A DNA stretch of 53,480 nucleotides from Candidatus Gygaella obscura (GCA_030765485.1 JAVCCR010000032.1:1-53480), one strand, 5' to 3'; counted from the stretch's first letter, positions 17,646-26,913 are shown. A program made the numbers and translations. Notes: generated from the letters alone by a model not told the origin.

Positions 17646-19070
17646 ATGAATAAGTTTATCGATACTGTCAGTAAAGACCAAATTTTAAGAAAAGTCTCGC
17701 TTTTTGCAAAACATAAGAAGGTGAGGCTTTTTTTAGTAGGAGGGTTTATTCGGGATAACCTCCTGAGGAGAAAGAAAACCATAATCGATTATGATTTTGC
17801 CATTAAGCGTAATGCAATAGGTTTTGGCAGGGCTCTGTCAAAATATCTAAAAAGCGGTTTTGTAGTATTAGATAAAAAGCATGGAAGCTGCAGAGTGGTT
17901 TATAATAAAGCCAAGAGCCTGACGCTGGATTTTACTGATTTCCGAGGCAGGACATTAGACGAAGACCTTATGTTCCGAGATTTTACGTTGAATTCCTTAA
18001 GTATAGATTTAAATAATATACAAAACGGTATTTATGATCCGCTAGGAGGATTAAACGATATAAAAAAGAGGATGATTCGATTATGTTGCGATAAAAGTAT
18101 TCCTCAAGACCCAGTAAGGATTTTACGGGCTTTTAGCCTGTCGGCAATTTTTGGTTTTAAAATTGATAAGAAAGTAGTCGCTTCAATAAAAAAAGAAAAA
18201 TCTAATCTGAATAATGTTGCCTTTGAGCGTGTACGTGATGAACTTTTTAAGATATTAGATACGAATAATGCTTTGAAGATAATCAAGGAGCTTGACCGGT
18301 TTAAGATATTGGAAATAATAATCCCGGAAATCAAGTCTTGTTTTAGGGTTAACCAGGGGCCGTATCATCATCTTGATGTCTGGGAACATTCTTTGGTTGC
18401 GTTAGAGGGTCTGGAGAAGATTTTAAACAGTACGAGAAGTAAAAATATTATCGAGCATCTTAATGAAATTATTGCACAGTGTCATAAAAGAAAACAGCTT
18501 ATAAAATTGGCTGCGTTGTTGCATGATATCGGCAAACCAAAGGCAAAGAGAAGAATTAAAAATAAGCTCATTTTTCATGGACATGAGGCTTTGGGAGCAA
18601 AAATGATGTTAAGGATATCACAGCGTTTAAAACTTTCTGTAAAAGAAAACGATTATCTGCGTCGTTTGGTTTGGTTTCATTTAAGGCCGGGTTATCTGGC
18701 TGATCTTTCTCCTTTATCTGAGCGGGCGGTATTTCGATTTTTTCGCGATGCGAAAAGTGAAGCTTTAGATATCTTGCTTGTATCTTTGGCTGATCAAAGA
18801 GCAACAAGGGGAAGGCTTAATACCCGCAAAAGCCGCGTAAATCACGAAAGGCTTTGCGCAAAACTCATAAGGCGGTTTTTAAAGGATAAATCTTCAAAAC
18901 CATTTGTTCGTTTTGTAGACGGTAATGATATGTTAAAGTTGGGCTTATCCGAAGGCCCGATCGTGGGGGAATTTCTAAAAGAGCTTGAGGAACTTCAGGC
19001 AGAAGGAAAGATAAAATCAAGGCAGCAGGCTTTAAAAAAAGCCAAGGCTATGATAAAAAAAATTAAATAG
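17646..19070 (+). CDS. cca: CCA-adding tRNA nucleotidyltransferase / poly(A) polymerase family with HD domain
   Basis: LVGGFIRD head domain and LLHDIGKP HD motif. Confidence 0.8.
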   Translation: MNKFIDTVSKDQILRKVSLFAKHKKVRLFLVGGFIRDNLLRRKKTIIDYDFAIKRNAIGFGRALSKYLKSGFVVLDKKHGSCRVVYNKAKSLTLDFTDFRGRTLDEDLMFRDFTLNSLSIDLNNIQNGIYDPLGGLNDIKKRMIRLCCDKSIPQDPVRILRAFSLSAIFGFKIDKKVVASIKKEKSNLNNVAFERVRDELFKILDTNNALKIIKELDRFKILEIIIPEIKSCFRVNQGPYHHLDVWEHSLVALEGLEKILNSTRSKNIIEHLNEIIAQCHKRKQLIKLAALLHDIGKPKAKRRIKNKLIFHGHEALGAKMMLRISQRLKLSVKENDYLRRLVWFHLRPGYLADLSPLSERAVFRFFRDAKSEALDILLVSLADQRATRGRLNTRKSRVNHERLCAKLIRRFLKDKSSKPFVRFVDGNDMLKLGLSEGPIVGEFLKELEELQAEGKIKSRQQALKKAKAMIKKIK

Positions 19071-19102
19071 TTTATATTTTCAAAAATTGGGGGAGGGTAA
19101 CT

Positions 19103-19372
19103 ATGGAAATAAAAGTTGAAAGATTAAGCAATGAAGAGCTTCAAAAAAGACAAGTTTTTGAGTGGTCGATATGGAACAAGGAAGCTTCTGTATTTGATTG
19201 GCATTACGATCAGCAGGAACAGTGTTATTTTCTAGAAGGTAAAGTAACGGTTAAAACTAAAGACGGCGAAAGCGTAAGCTTTACAAAAGGTGATTTCGTA
19301 ACATTTCCTAAAGGGCTTTCCTGTACCTGGCAGATAGAAGAAGACGTAAAAAAGCATTATAATTTTTCTTAA
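19103..19372 (+). CDS. small cupin (DUF861/cupin_3) protein
   Basis: WSIWNKEASVFDWHYDQQEQCYFLEGKV...GDFVTFPKGLSCTWQIEEDVKKHY matches the DUF861 pattern. GGGGGAGGG SD lies upstream. Confidence 0.75.
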   Translation: MEIKVERLSNEELQKRQVFEWSIWNKEASVFDWHYDQQEQCYFLEGKVTVKTKDGESVSFTKGDFVTFPKGLSCTWQIEEDVKKHYNFS

Positions 19373-19378
19373 AAATAA

Positions 19379-20026
19379 ATGCAGACGATAAATCGGTCTT
19401 TGGCTCTTATTGAAAAGATGATAGCCGATACCACAGTTCCTTCGGTAACTCAGTTTGCCGAAGAAAAAGACCCTTTTATTATTTTGATTTCATGCGTTTT
19501 GAGCCTGCGTACTAAAGATAAAACTACCATCTCTGCCAGTAAAAGATTATTCCATGTAGCAAAAACTCCGCAAGCTTTAAGCAAACTTTCCTTAGAGGAA
19601 ATCAGACGTTTAATATACCCCGTTGGTTTTTACCGTAATAAAGCAAAGCAGGTTAGAGAAATTGCCAAGATAATTTCAGAAAAATACAATAATAAAGTTC
19701 CTGATACATTAGATGAGTTGCTTGTTTTTAAGGGCGTGGGGATAAAAACTGCCAATCTTGTTCTTGGCTTGGGGTTTAATAAACCTGCAATTTGCGTAGA
19801 TACCCATGTACATAGAATCAGCAATAGATTAGACTGGGTAAATACAAAAAATGCTCAGGAAACCCTTGCGGCGTTAGAAAGTTTGATTCCCAAGAGAAAA
19901 TGGATTAGGCTTAATACCACGCTTGTCGGATTTGGACAAAATATTTGTTTAGCCAGTTCGCCTTTATGTTTAAGGTGTACGTTAAATTTAACTTGCGCTA
20001 AAAAAGGAGTAAAAAAATGTCGATAA
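19379..20026 (+). CDS. nth: endonuclease III
   Basis: HhH-GPD region LLVFKGVGIKTAN, VDTHVHR, and the C-terminal C-x6-C-x2-C-x5-C Fe-S loop. Confidence 0.9.
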   Translation: MQTINRSLALIEKMIADTTVPSVTQFAEEKDPFIILISCVLSLRTKDKTTISASKRLFHVAKTPQALSKLSLEEIRRLIYPVGFYRNKAKQVREIAKIISEKYNNKVPDTLDELLVFKGVGIKTANLVLGLGFNKPAICVDTHVHRISNRLDWVNTKNAQETLAALESLIPKRKWIRLNTTLVGFGQNICLASSPLCLRCTLNLTCAKKGVKKCR

Positions 20027-21180
20027 CCAGAATCAAGGGAGTGAATTTTGGAAGTTGGCTTCTTATGGAAGGTTATATTTTAGGAGGCAGGAATATCCCT
20101 GAGCATAGATTCAAGGCTGAATTTGAAAAAATAAACGGTAAGCGTAATCTCAAAGAATTCGAGCGTTTGTTCAGAGATAACTATATCCGCGAGATTGATT
20201 TTAAAAACGCTTCTTTAATCAATGCGAATACTATAAGGCTTCCTTTTAATGCCCGTTTGATTGATAATGGTTATTCACCTGTTAATAAAAATGGCTTAAG
20301 CTATATCAAAAAAGCTTTGGTTTTAGCGGAAAAATATAAGCTTAAAGTAATTTTGGATTTACATGCAGCAACCGGAGCGCAGAATTGCGACTGGCATGCT
20401 GATTCAGACGGCAAAGCGCTTTTTTGGCAAAAGGAGTCTTATAGGCAAAGAACGCTTGCCCTATGGGAGATTCTGGCAGATACGTTTAAGGATTATAAGG
20501 CTTTGATCGGTTATGATGTATTAAACGAACCGGTTTTAGATAAAACAAAAGTAAAAATATTAGCTAAGTTTTATAAGGATACAGTTAAAAAGATCAGATC
20601 AATAGATAAAAAACACCTGATATTTCTAGAAGGGTTTGATTGGGGCCAAAGGATAGATTTTTTAAAAGACATAATTGAAAAAGATGTTTGGGTCAGTATT
20701 CATACATATTTACCGCTTAACTATACTTTTAACTTTACGCCGTTTTTGAAGTTTCCCGGAACTATCGAAGGCAGGCGCTGGGATAAAAATGCAATTTATA
20801 AGTATCTATTACCTTACTATAAGTTTGCCCGGGAGAACAAGACCAATATCTATGTAGGCGAATTTGGCATTAATTGGAGGATGAATAACTACGGAGAGCT
20901 AGATTATTTAAACTCAATGCTAAAGACCTTTGAAGAGTTTAAGTTTTCTTATACCTACTGGACATACAAATGCGTTGCCAGGCATGCTTTTCCTGATGGA
21001 ATTTATCAGCTTGTTGCTAATGATAAGTTTATAAAGAGAGAGGGTCCAGTATACGGTTGGGAGAATTATATTTCAAACTGGAAGAGAAATAAGAAAGATA
21101 TTGTTAACCATTGGAAGACAGAGAGTTATACTCCCAATAAACAGCTTATTAATTTATTGAAAAGATTTTTTAAAATGTAA
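20017..21180 (+). CDS. glycoside hydrolase family 5 protein (exo-beta-1,3-glucanase-like), no signal peptide
   Basis: GVNFGSWLLMEGY, VLNEP (acid/base) and VGEFG (nucleophile). The 10-nt start overlaps the nth stop. Confidence 0.7.
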   Translation: MSITRIKGVNFGSWLLMEGYILGGRNIPEHRFKAEFEKINGKRNLKEFERLFRDNYIREIDFKNASLINANTIRLPFNARLIDNGYSPVNKNGLSYIKKALVLAEKYKLKVILDLHAATGAQNCDWHADSDGKALFWQKESYRQRTLALWEILADTFKDYKALIGYDVLNEPVLDKTKVKILAKFYKDTVKKIRSIDKKHLIFLEGFDWGQRIDFLKDIIEKDVWVSIHTYLPLNYTFNFTPFLKFPGTIEGRRWDKNAIYKYLLPYYKFARENKTNIYVGEFGINWRMNNYGELDYLNSMLKTFEEFKFSYTYWTYKCVARHAFPDGIYQLVANDKFIKREGPVYGWENYISNWKRNKKDIVNHWKTESYTPNKQLINLLKRFFKM

Positions 21181-21237
21181 ACCTATTTAGTATTTTGTTC
21201 GTCTAATAGTATAGACAACAAAAAAAGGAGGTGTCTG

Positions 21238-21813
21238 ATGAAAGCAGCAAGAATAGCGTTGGTAGCAGTTTTAATTTTGTCTTTTGCAAGTATCAGTTTT
21301 GCCTATAAAGGCGGCGGAGGCGCTGTTGTAGAAGGGTATGGCTTTGGTGGCATCGAAGAAGACAGTGAATATGATTATGAATCGACAAAGGTAAATAGGC
21401 ATGGAAGAAAAGGATTTCATGAAGAGATGATGAAGTTGAAGAAAGAAGACCCGGAAAAATTTGAGGAAGTGATAAAAGGGAAGAGGGCCAAAGGAAAAGA
21501 ACATCTAGAAGAGCTCAAACGAACCGATCCTAAAAGATACCGTGAAGTTATGCGTAATATGGCTAAGAGACGCAAGCAGTCCTTGATGAAGCTGAAGAAA
21601 GAGGACCCGGAAAAATTCCAGGAAGTAATCGCAAAGCGTAAAGCAAGATTAGAAGGAAGATTGGAAAAGCTCAAGAAAGAAGACCCGGCGAAATATAAGA
21701 AAATCACCGATTATAAGAAGAAAAAAGAAGAGCTTAAGAAAATAAGACAAGACTTATTGAAAAGTTATAAAGACGACGGTATTAAAGATTATTTTGAAGA
21801 AACGCAAGAATAA
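21238..21813 (+). CDS. secreted Lys/Glu-rich protein with four 26-aa tandem repeats (LKKEDPEKF-type)
   Basis: Signal peptide ALVAVLILSFASISFA and a strong AAGGAGG SD. See the repeat feature at 21433..21744. Confidence 0.7.
   Translation: MKAARIALVAVLILSFASISFAYKGGGGAVVEGYGFGGIEEDSEYDYESTKVNRHGRKGFHEEMMKLKKEDPEKFEEVIKGKRAKGKEHLEELKRTDPKRYREVMRNMAKRRKQSLMKLKKEDPEKFQEVIAKRKARLEGRLEKLKKEDPAKYKKITDYKKKKEELKKIRQDLLKSYKDDGIKDYFEETQE
21433..21744 (+). repeat. 4 x 78-bp in-frame tandem coding repeat
   Basis: Units start at 21433, 21511, 21589 and 21667, an exact 78-nt period. Units 1 and 3 are near-identical (aag[t/c]tgaagaaaga[a/g]gacccggaaaaatt...). Confidence 0.85.
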
Positions 21814-21826
21814 TTAATGAATTTTT

Positions 21827-22414
21827 ATGAAGGATAGTCAGTTGAATTCGTTGGTAGCCGAAGTATTAGATAATCAAAGGGCGAGTTTTGATAAGTTGGT
21901 GGATTTATTGAAGGAAAGAGGAATTAGGGTTGCCTATCATATTGTAGGCAACCTTGAGGACGCAAAAGATGTATTGCAAGAGGCCTTTATTAAGCTGTAT
22001 GTAAACATCAGTAAATTTAAGGCAAGATCGAGTTTTTCAACTTGGTTTCATAGAATTGTCGTTAATTGTGCGTATGATTTTTTAAAAAAAAAGAAAGCAA
22101 AGAAAAGGATAACGCCTTTAAGTCTGACTGACAATAAAGATTCTCAGATAGATGTTAGTGATGAAAACCTCAGGCCGGACATGCGTTTGAGGCAAGATTC
22201 AGATTTAGTTTTAGAAAGATTTATTGATATGTTATCTGTAAAACAGAAACAGGCTATTATATTGCGTTATAAGAATGGATTTTCAATGAAGGAAACAGCC
22301 CAGATTATCGGCTGTAAGGTTTCTACAACAAAAGTCCATTTATTCAGGGCAATCAAGAGGTTACGCAAGATGTTTTATGAGCAAGAGAAACAAACAGGAG
22401 GGAGAAATGCTTAA
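21827..22414 (+). CDS. ECF-type RNA polymerase sigma-70 factor
   Basis: Region 2 (DAKDVLQEAFIKLY...WFHRIVVN) and region 4 HTH (ETAQIIGCKVSTTKVHLFRAIKRLRK). Confidence 0.85.
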   Translation: MKDSQLNSLVAEVLDNQRASFDKLVDLLKERGIRVAYHIVGNLEDAKDVLQEAFIKLYVNISKFKARSSFSTWFHRIVVNCAYDFLKKKKAKKRITPLSLTDNKDSQIDVSDENLRPDMRLRQDSDLVLERFIDMLSVKQKQAIILRYKNGFSMKETAQIIGCKVSTTKVHLFRAIKRLRKMFYEQEKQTGGRNA

Positions 22415-22895
22415 ATGTTTGTTTTTAAGGTCTAAAATAAAAAAATACGCACTGGATATCTTAAGCGAAAAGCAAAAAGCAATTGTTATCCGTCATGTCG
22501 AGCGATGCCCCGGGTGTAGACAAGAACTGCAGAAGTTTAAAGTATTAGTCGCGTCTTTAAAAAGTAACGAGGCTTTAAAAATTGATGATAATTTCTGGCA
22601 TAAATTTAAAGTAGGTTTAGATGATAAGCTTAATAATGTTTTAGTCGGGCCAACCAAAGGTATTAGTAAAAGGAAAATGTCTTTTAAGCCTATTTTGGCC
22701 TATGCGGTTGTGGCGATATTACTTTTTATCAGCGTACCTATTGTAAGTTTTAGTTTGAAAAAGTGGCAAAATATTTCAGATATTAAGTTTTCTGATGAGT
22801 TTTACGCGTTAGAGGAGTTTACCAATAGCAGGGTATTCAATGGCAATTCTTTTTCTTATATTGACGAAATTGATCTGATTTTAGAACTTTCCTAA
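22407..22895 (+). CDS. zf-HC2 anti-sigma factor, single-pass membrane protein
   Basis: H-x3-C-x2-C (HVERCPGC) and TM helix ILAYAVVAILLFISVPIVSF. I start at ATG 22407 behind AGGAGGGA, which gives an 8-nt overlap with the sigma gene. Confidence 0.7.
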   Translation: MLKCLFLRSKIKKYALDILSEKQKAIVIRHVERCPGCRQELQKFKVLVASLKSNEALKIDDNFWHKFKVGLDDKLNNVLVGPTKGISKRKMSFKPILAYAVVAILLFISVPIVSFSLKKWQNISDIKFSDEFYALEEFTNSRVFNGNSFSYIDEIDLILELS

Positions 22896-22931
22896 GGTAT
22901 ATTCTTTTCTTCCCTCAACCTTCAAAAAATA

Positions 22932-22960
22932 TTGCTAGCCTTAAGTGCTTATGATATCAT
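22932..22960 (+). promoter_or_regulatory. candidate promoter (TTGCTA-17 nt-TATCAT) upstream of the yjbQ operon
   Basis: TTGCTA at 22932..22937 and TATCAT at 22955..22960, inside the 102-nt gap. A TATAAT also occurs at 22979..22984. Confidence 0.3.
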
Positions 22961-22997
22961 TAGTAGAGATTAAGGCTGTATAATAAAGTCTAAATAC

Positions 22998-23414
22998 ATG
23001 AATTCATTTACTCATTATCTTACATTTAATACCAAGTCCAGGCAGGAGTTTATAAATATTACTCCTTGTGTAGAGGAGTTGCTTATAAAAAGTGCAATAA
23101 AAGAAGGTTTATGTTTAGTCAATGCTATGCATATTACTTCCAGTGTTTTTATAAACGATGACGAAGCGGGTCTTCATAGTGATTTTTTCGTCTTTTTGGA
23201 ACGTTTGGCTCCTTATGGTAAGGATAAATATAAACATAATCTGAGCATGGAGGATAATGGGGATAGCCATATAAAAAGAACGATAATGGGCAGGGAAGTT
23301 GTAGTAGCAATTACTAAAGGTAGGCTTGATTTTGGTCCATGGGAACAGATATTTTATGGAGAGTTTGATGGTAGAAGAAAAAAAAGAGTTTTAGTTAAGA
23401 TTATAGGTGAGTGA
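22998..23414 (+). CDS. yjbQ: YjbQ/UPF0047 family protein (secondary thiamine-phosphate synthase)
   Basis: NITPCVEE..., [20 protein letters not shown]..., HIKRTIMG and [20 protein letters not shown]. Confidence 0.85.
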   Translation: MNSFTHYLTFNTKSRQEFINITPCVEELLIKSAIKEGLCLVNAMHITSSVFINDDEAGLHSDFFVFLERLAPYGKDKYKHNLSMEDNGDSHIKRTIMGREVVVAITKGRLDFGPWEQIFYGEFDGRRKKRVLVKIIGE

Positions 23415-24363
23415 TAAAAATATGAAGATAAAAGATACAGAGATAACAATAGTAAATTCAGATATAACTACTTTAAAACTTGACGCTATAGTTAACGCAG
23501 CCAATAATAAACTTTTGATGGGTGGCGGTGTTGCCGGAGCAATAAAAAGAGCTGGCGGAATAGAGGTAGAAAAAGAAGCTGTGTCTAAAGGTCCTATTGA
23601 GATTGGTGATTCGATTTATACGTCTGGCGGCAGGCTTGCTGCAAAATACGTTATTCATGCAGCTACTATGGGGATGGATTTTAAAACAGACGAAATAAAG
23701 ATTAGGGATTCTTTTGCTAGTGCCCTTAGATTAGCAGAACAGCTGAAGATTTCTTCTGTGGCTTTTCCTGCTTTAGGTTGTGGGGTAGGGGGTTTTTCAT
23801 ATAAGGTGGCGGCAAAAATCATGGCCCAAGAGTTGTTAAGTTATATCCGAGAGAATAAAACCAGTTTAAAAGAAGTGATATTTTGTTTGAATACAGATGA
23901 GGCTTTTAAGATTTTTGATAAATTGATTAATGGCTATCTCGGTTATATATTGCATAAGATAGAAGAAGGTCCGTTTATAACAGTAGATATTATAATCGAT
24001 AACGGTGAAGGGATAGTTTTGATTAAACGCTCTAATCCGCCTTTTGGCTGGGCTATTCCAGGAGGTTTTTTAGATTACAATGAGAGTCTTGAAGATTGTG
24101 CAGCCAGAGAAGCCAAGGAAGAAACTGGTCTTGATGTTATAAATCTTAAACAGTTGCATACATATTCAGCCCCGGGTAGAGATCCGCGTTTTCATACAGT
24201 TACTACTGTTTTTACCGCTCAGGCAAAAGGAAGCCCGAAAGCAGATTCAGACGCCTGCGATGCTAAGGTTTTTAAGCAAAATCAGATTAAAGAATTGGAT
24301 TTAGCTTTTGATCATAACAAGGTGCTGAAAGACTATTTTGATTTTAAAAGAGGAGAATTATGA
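23407..24363 (+). CDS. macro domain (ADP-ribose/O-acetyl-ADP-ribose hydrolase) fused to a Nudix hydrolase
   Basis: Macro: [21 protein letters not shown] and [10 protein letters not shown]. Nudix box: [24 protein letters not shown] (G-x5-E-x7-REUxEExGU). The track start is GTG 23407; ATG 23422 is an alternative. Confidence 0.85.
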   Translation: MSDKNMKIKDTEITIVNSDITTLKLDAIVNAANNKLLMGGGVAGAIKRAGGIEVEKEAVSKGPIEIGDSIYTSGGRLAAKYVIHAATMGMDFKTDEIKIRDSFASALRLAEQLKISSVAFPALGCGVGGFSYKVAAKIMAQELLSYIRENKTSLKEVIFCLNTDEAFKIFDKLINGYLGYILHKIEEGPFITVDIIIDNGEGIVLIKRSNPPFGWAIPGGFLDYNESLEDCAAREAKEETGLDVINLKQLHTYSAPGRDPRFHTVTTVFTAQAKGSPKADSDACDAKVFKQNQIKELDLAFDHNKVLKDYFDFKRGEL

Positions 24364-25133
24364 TAGTAAGTCTTTTGTCAGATTTCGGCCTGGAAGATAA
24401 TTTTGTTGGTTCAATAAAAGCGACCATGCTCAATGTTAATCCCAATATTCAAATAGTAGATATTACCCATAATGTGAAACCACACGATATATTTTCTGCT
24501 GCATTTTTGTTGGAAGGCACATATAAGTATTTTCCCAAAAATACTCTTCATGTTGTTGTGGTTGATCCGGGAGTAGGCGCAGAAAGAAAAATTATTGTCG
24601 TTAAAATCAAAGATTATATGTTTTTGGCTCCTGATAACGGGGTTTTAGCACTTGCTTTGAAGAATAAGACCGTGCAGAAGATTATTGAGGTAACAAATAA
24701 GAAGTTCTTTTTAAGTGAAGTTTCCAATACATTCCATGGTCGAGATATATTTGCTCCTGTTGCCGCTCACATCACAAACGGCGTGCCTTTGAATAAATTA
24801 GGCGAGGAGATTCATTTCTTAAGGGAGATTTCTTTACCGGATGTAAGCCTGAATAATGATTCTTTGAGCGGTTTTGTTATCCATATCGATAGGTTCGGTA
24901 ATCTGATTACAAATATCAAGGAAGATATATTGAAAGATTTATCCAAAAACACTAAAATAAAAATAAAAGATTATACCATTAAAGGTTTGTGTTTTACCTA
25001 TTCAGACGTGGAAAAAAATTCTCCCCTTTGTCTTATAAATAGTTTTGGTTATCTTGAAATATCAGTCAATTGTTCAAGTGCAAAAGATTTTTTTCATGTT
25101 GAAAACTGGCAGTCTGTTAAAGTTGTAAAATGA
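24360..25133 (+). CDS. SAM hydroxide adenosyltransferase / SAM hydrolase (DUF62, fluorinase-chlorinase fold)
   Basis: [37 protein letters not shown] and [10 protein letters not shown]. Confidence 0.85.
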   Translation: MIVSLLSDFGLEDNFVGSIKATMLNVNPNIQIVDITHNVKPHDIFSAAFLLEGTYKYFPKNTLHVVVVDPGVGAERKIIVVKIKDYMFLAPDNGVLALALKNKTVQKIIEVTNKKFFLSEVSNTFHGRDIFAPVAAHITNGVPLNKLGEEIHFLREISLPDVSLNNDSLSGFVIHIDRFGNLITNIKEDILKDLSKNTKIKIKDYTIKGLCFTYSDVEKNSPLCLINSFGYLEISVNCSSAKDFFHVENWQSVKVVK

Positions 25134-25849
25134 AAAAGAAGCTAGACGCCAATAAGTTGCAGCATTTTCTTTCTAAGTCAGCCGGTAAAACCATCTACGA
25201 TAATAAAATGCTGGATGATGGGGATAAGATATTGGTGGGCGTTTCCGGCGGAAAAGATAGTCTGTCGCTACTTAAAATCTTAGATTACAGAAGAAGATTT
25301 GTTCCTATCAAATATGAATTGGTAGTTCTGCATGTGGATATGCATCTTACTAAAACGCAGCTTAAGAGCCTAACGAGTTTTTTTAAGATAAATAATTTTA
25401 ATTATAAAATAGTAAAACTGAAAATAAAGAAAAGCAGAAAAAAGAATTGTTTTTGGTGCGCATGGAATAGAAGAAAAGTCATTTTTGAACAAGCGGCAAA
25501 GCTTGGCTGCAATAAAATTGCCCTAGGGCATCATTTAGGTGATATTACAGAGACAATATTGATGAATCTTTTTTTTAACGGAGAGATTTCCAGCATGTTG
25601 CCAAAGCAGGATCTTTTTAAGGGAAAACTTACAGTGATTAGGCCGTTTGCTGAGATAGCTGAAGATAGGATAAAGCAGTTTGCCGATTATTCGGGATTAA
25701 GGTATTCGTCATGCAACTGTTCTTATGCCGATAATAATAAAAGAGAGCTTATGCAGAAATTAATAAAGCAGGTAGCGAAAACCTGCCCTGAAGTCAGGAC
25801 CAATATTTTAAGGAGTTTAAACAGGATTAAGAAAGATTACCTTCCTTAA
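25130..25849 (+). CDS. ttcA: TtcA-family PP-loop tRNA thiolation ATPase
   Basis: VSGGKDS PP-loop, CFWCAWNRR, ALGHHLGDITET, IRPF and the CNC motif. Confidence 0.75.
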   Translation: MKKKLDANKLQHFLSKSAGKTIYDNKMLDDGDKILVGVSGGKDSLSLLKILDYRRRFVPIKYELVVLHVDMHLTKTQLKSLTSFFKINNFNYKIVKLKIKKSRKKNCFWCAWNRRKVIFEQAAKLGCNKIALGHHLGDITETILMNLFFNGEISSMLPKQDLFKGKLTVIRPFAEIAEDRIKQFADYSGLRYSSCNCSYADNNKRELMQKLIKQVAKTCPEVRTNILRSLNRIKKDYLP

Positions 25850-25866
25850 GGAGAAAGTAGAAAACG

Positions 25867-26790
25867 ATGAATGTATGGATGGCGTTTATATTTTTTGCTG
25901 TAGTTTTTGCCGTGGCGATTATGGTGATTTTTAAGTTAATTAATTCAGTTACCCAGCGGATGAATTTTCTTTTGCAATCTATACAGAATACAACCAATTC
26001 TTTAAATCAGAATCTTGCCAATTCAACAACAATATTTGGCGATGTAAAGGAAAAGTTAGGAAGACTGGAAGAGACAAATAAGAAGATCTATGATGTGGGA
26101 AAAGATATATCCAGCCTGCAGGAGCTTTTGCGTGCTCCTAAGTTCCGCGGTAAATTCGGAGAGCAGTTTTTAGAAAACTTGCTTTCTCAGGTTGTGCCAA
26201 AAGGTTATTATCAGATGCAGTATAAGTTTAAGACTAATGAGACAGTTGATGCAATTATCAGGTTAGGGGAAAAGATTGTTCCTATAGACGCTAAATTTAC
26301 TTTAGAGAATTTTCAGAAAAAAATTGAGGCGACAACTGAAGATGAAGCAAATGTTTTTAAAAAGAAATTTATTCTGGATGTGAAAAACCGAGTTGATGAG
26401 ATTAGCTCTAAGTATATTCTGCCTGATGAGGATACCTATGATTTTGCGCTTATGTATATACCCGCGGAAAATGTTTATTATGAGGTTATCATTACGGATA
26501 ATTTGTTGAAGTCTTGCCTGGATAAAAAAGTAGTTCCTGTTTCCGGAAATACGCTGTATGCGTATCTTCAGGTGATCTGTTTAGGTCTAAAGGGTTTAAA
26601 GGTAGAAGAGAATGCAAAAAAAATCTTGAAAGACCTGGGTTCTCTTTCAATAGGAATAAACAAGTTTAAAAATGATTTTTCTCTTTTGGGCAATCATCTT
26701 TTGAACGCGGGTAAAAAATATGATGATTCAAGAGTAAAGTTGGATAAATTCTGTGAAAAGATTGATTCCGTTCAAAACGAAAAAAAATAA
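25867..26790 (+). CDS. rmuC: DNA recombination protein RmuC (short form, N-terminal TM anchor)
   Basis: LLRAPKFRGKFGEQFLENLL, IVPIDAKF and MYIPAENVYYE. Confidence 0.8.
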   Translation: MNVWMAFIFFAVVFAVAIMVIFKLINSVTQRMNFLLQSIQNTTNSLNQNLANSTTIFGDVKEKLGRLEETNKKIYDVGKDISSLQELLRAPKFRGKFGEQFLENLLSQVVPKGYYQMQYKFKTNETVDAIIRLGEKIVPIDAKFTLENFQKKIEATTEDEANVFKKKFILDVKNRVDEISSKYILPDEDTYDFALMYIPAENVYYEVIITDNLLKSCLDKKVVPVSGNTLYAYLQVICLGLKGLKVEENAKKILKDLGSLSIGINKFKNDFSLLGNHLLNAGKKYDDSRVKLDKFCEKIDSVQNEKK

Positions 26791-26796
26791 TCAAGC

Positions 26797-26913
26797 ATGA
26801 AAGGGATTTTGTTAAATCCAGGGCTGGCTGCTGTATTTATTTTTGGTACGACAATGATTGCTTTTTTGGGGATGTATTCTATATTCGATAGCTATAAACT
26901 TGCCCGAGGATAA
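26797..26913 (+). CDS. possible 38-aa single-TM small protein (below the ORF-track size cut-off)
   Basis: Translates as MKGILLNPGLAAVFIFGTTMIAFLGMYSIFDSYKLARG* and fills most of the 134-nt rmuC-DUF167 gap. No SD recognised. Confidence 0.3.
   Translation: MKGILLNPGLAAVFIFGTTMIAFLGMYSIFDSYKLARG

Noticed and set aside
22937-22977. 8-bp inverted repeat AGCCTTAA ... TTAAGGCT in the yjbQ upstream gap
   Set aside because: The arms are separated by 25 nt and no T-tract follows, so it is not a credible terminator. It could be an operator spanning the -10 region, but a single AT-rich 8-mer pair is within chance expectation.
23407-24363. Macro-domain protein as a DarG-like antitoxin or part of a defence module with RmuC, the PP-loop ATPase and the SAM hydrolase
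   Set aside because: No DarT-like or other toxin ORF is adjacent. The PP-loop protein matches housekeeping TtcA motif for motif. RmuC, YjbQ and DUF62 are broadly conserved core families. Given the genome-wide packing, adjacency alone is weak evidence.
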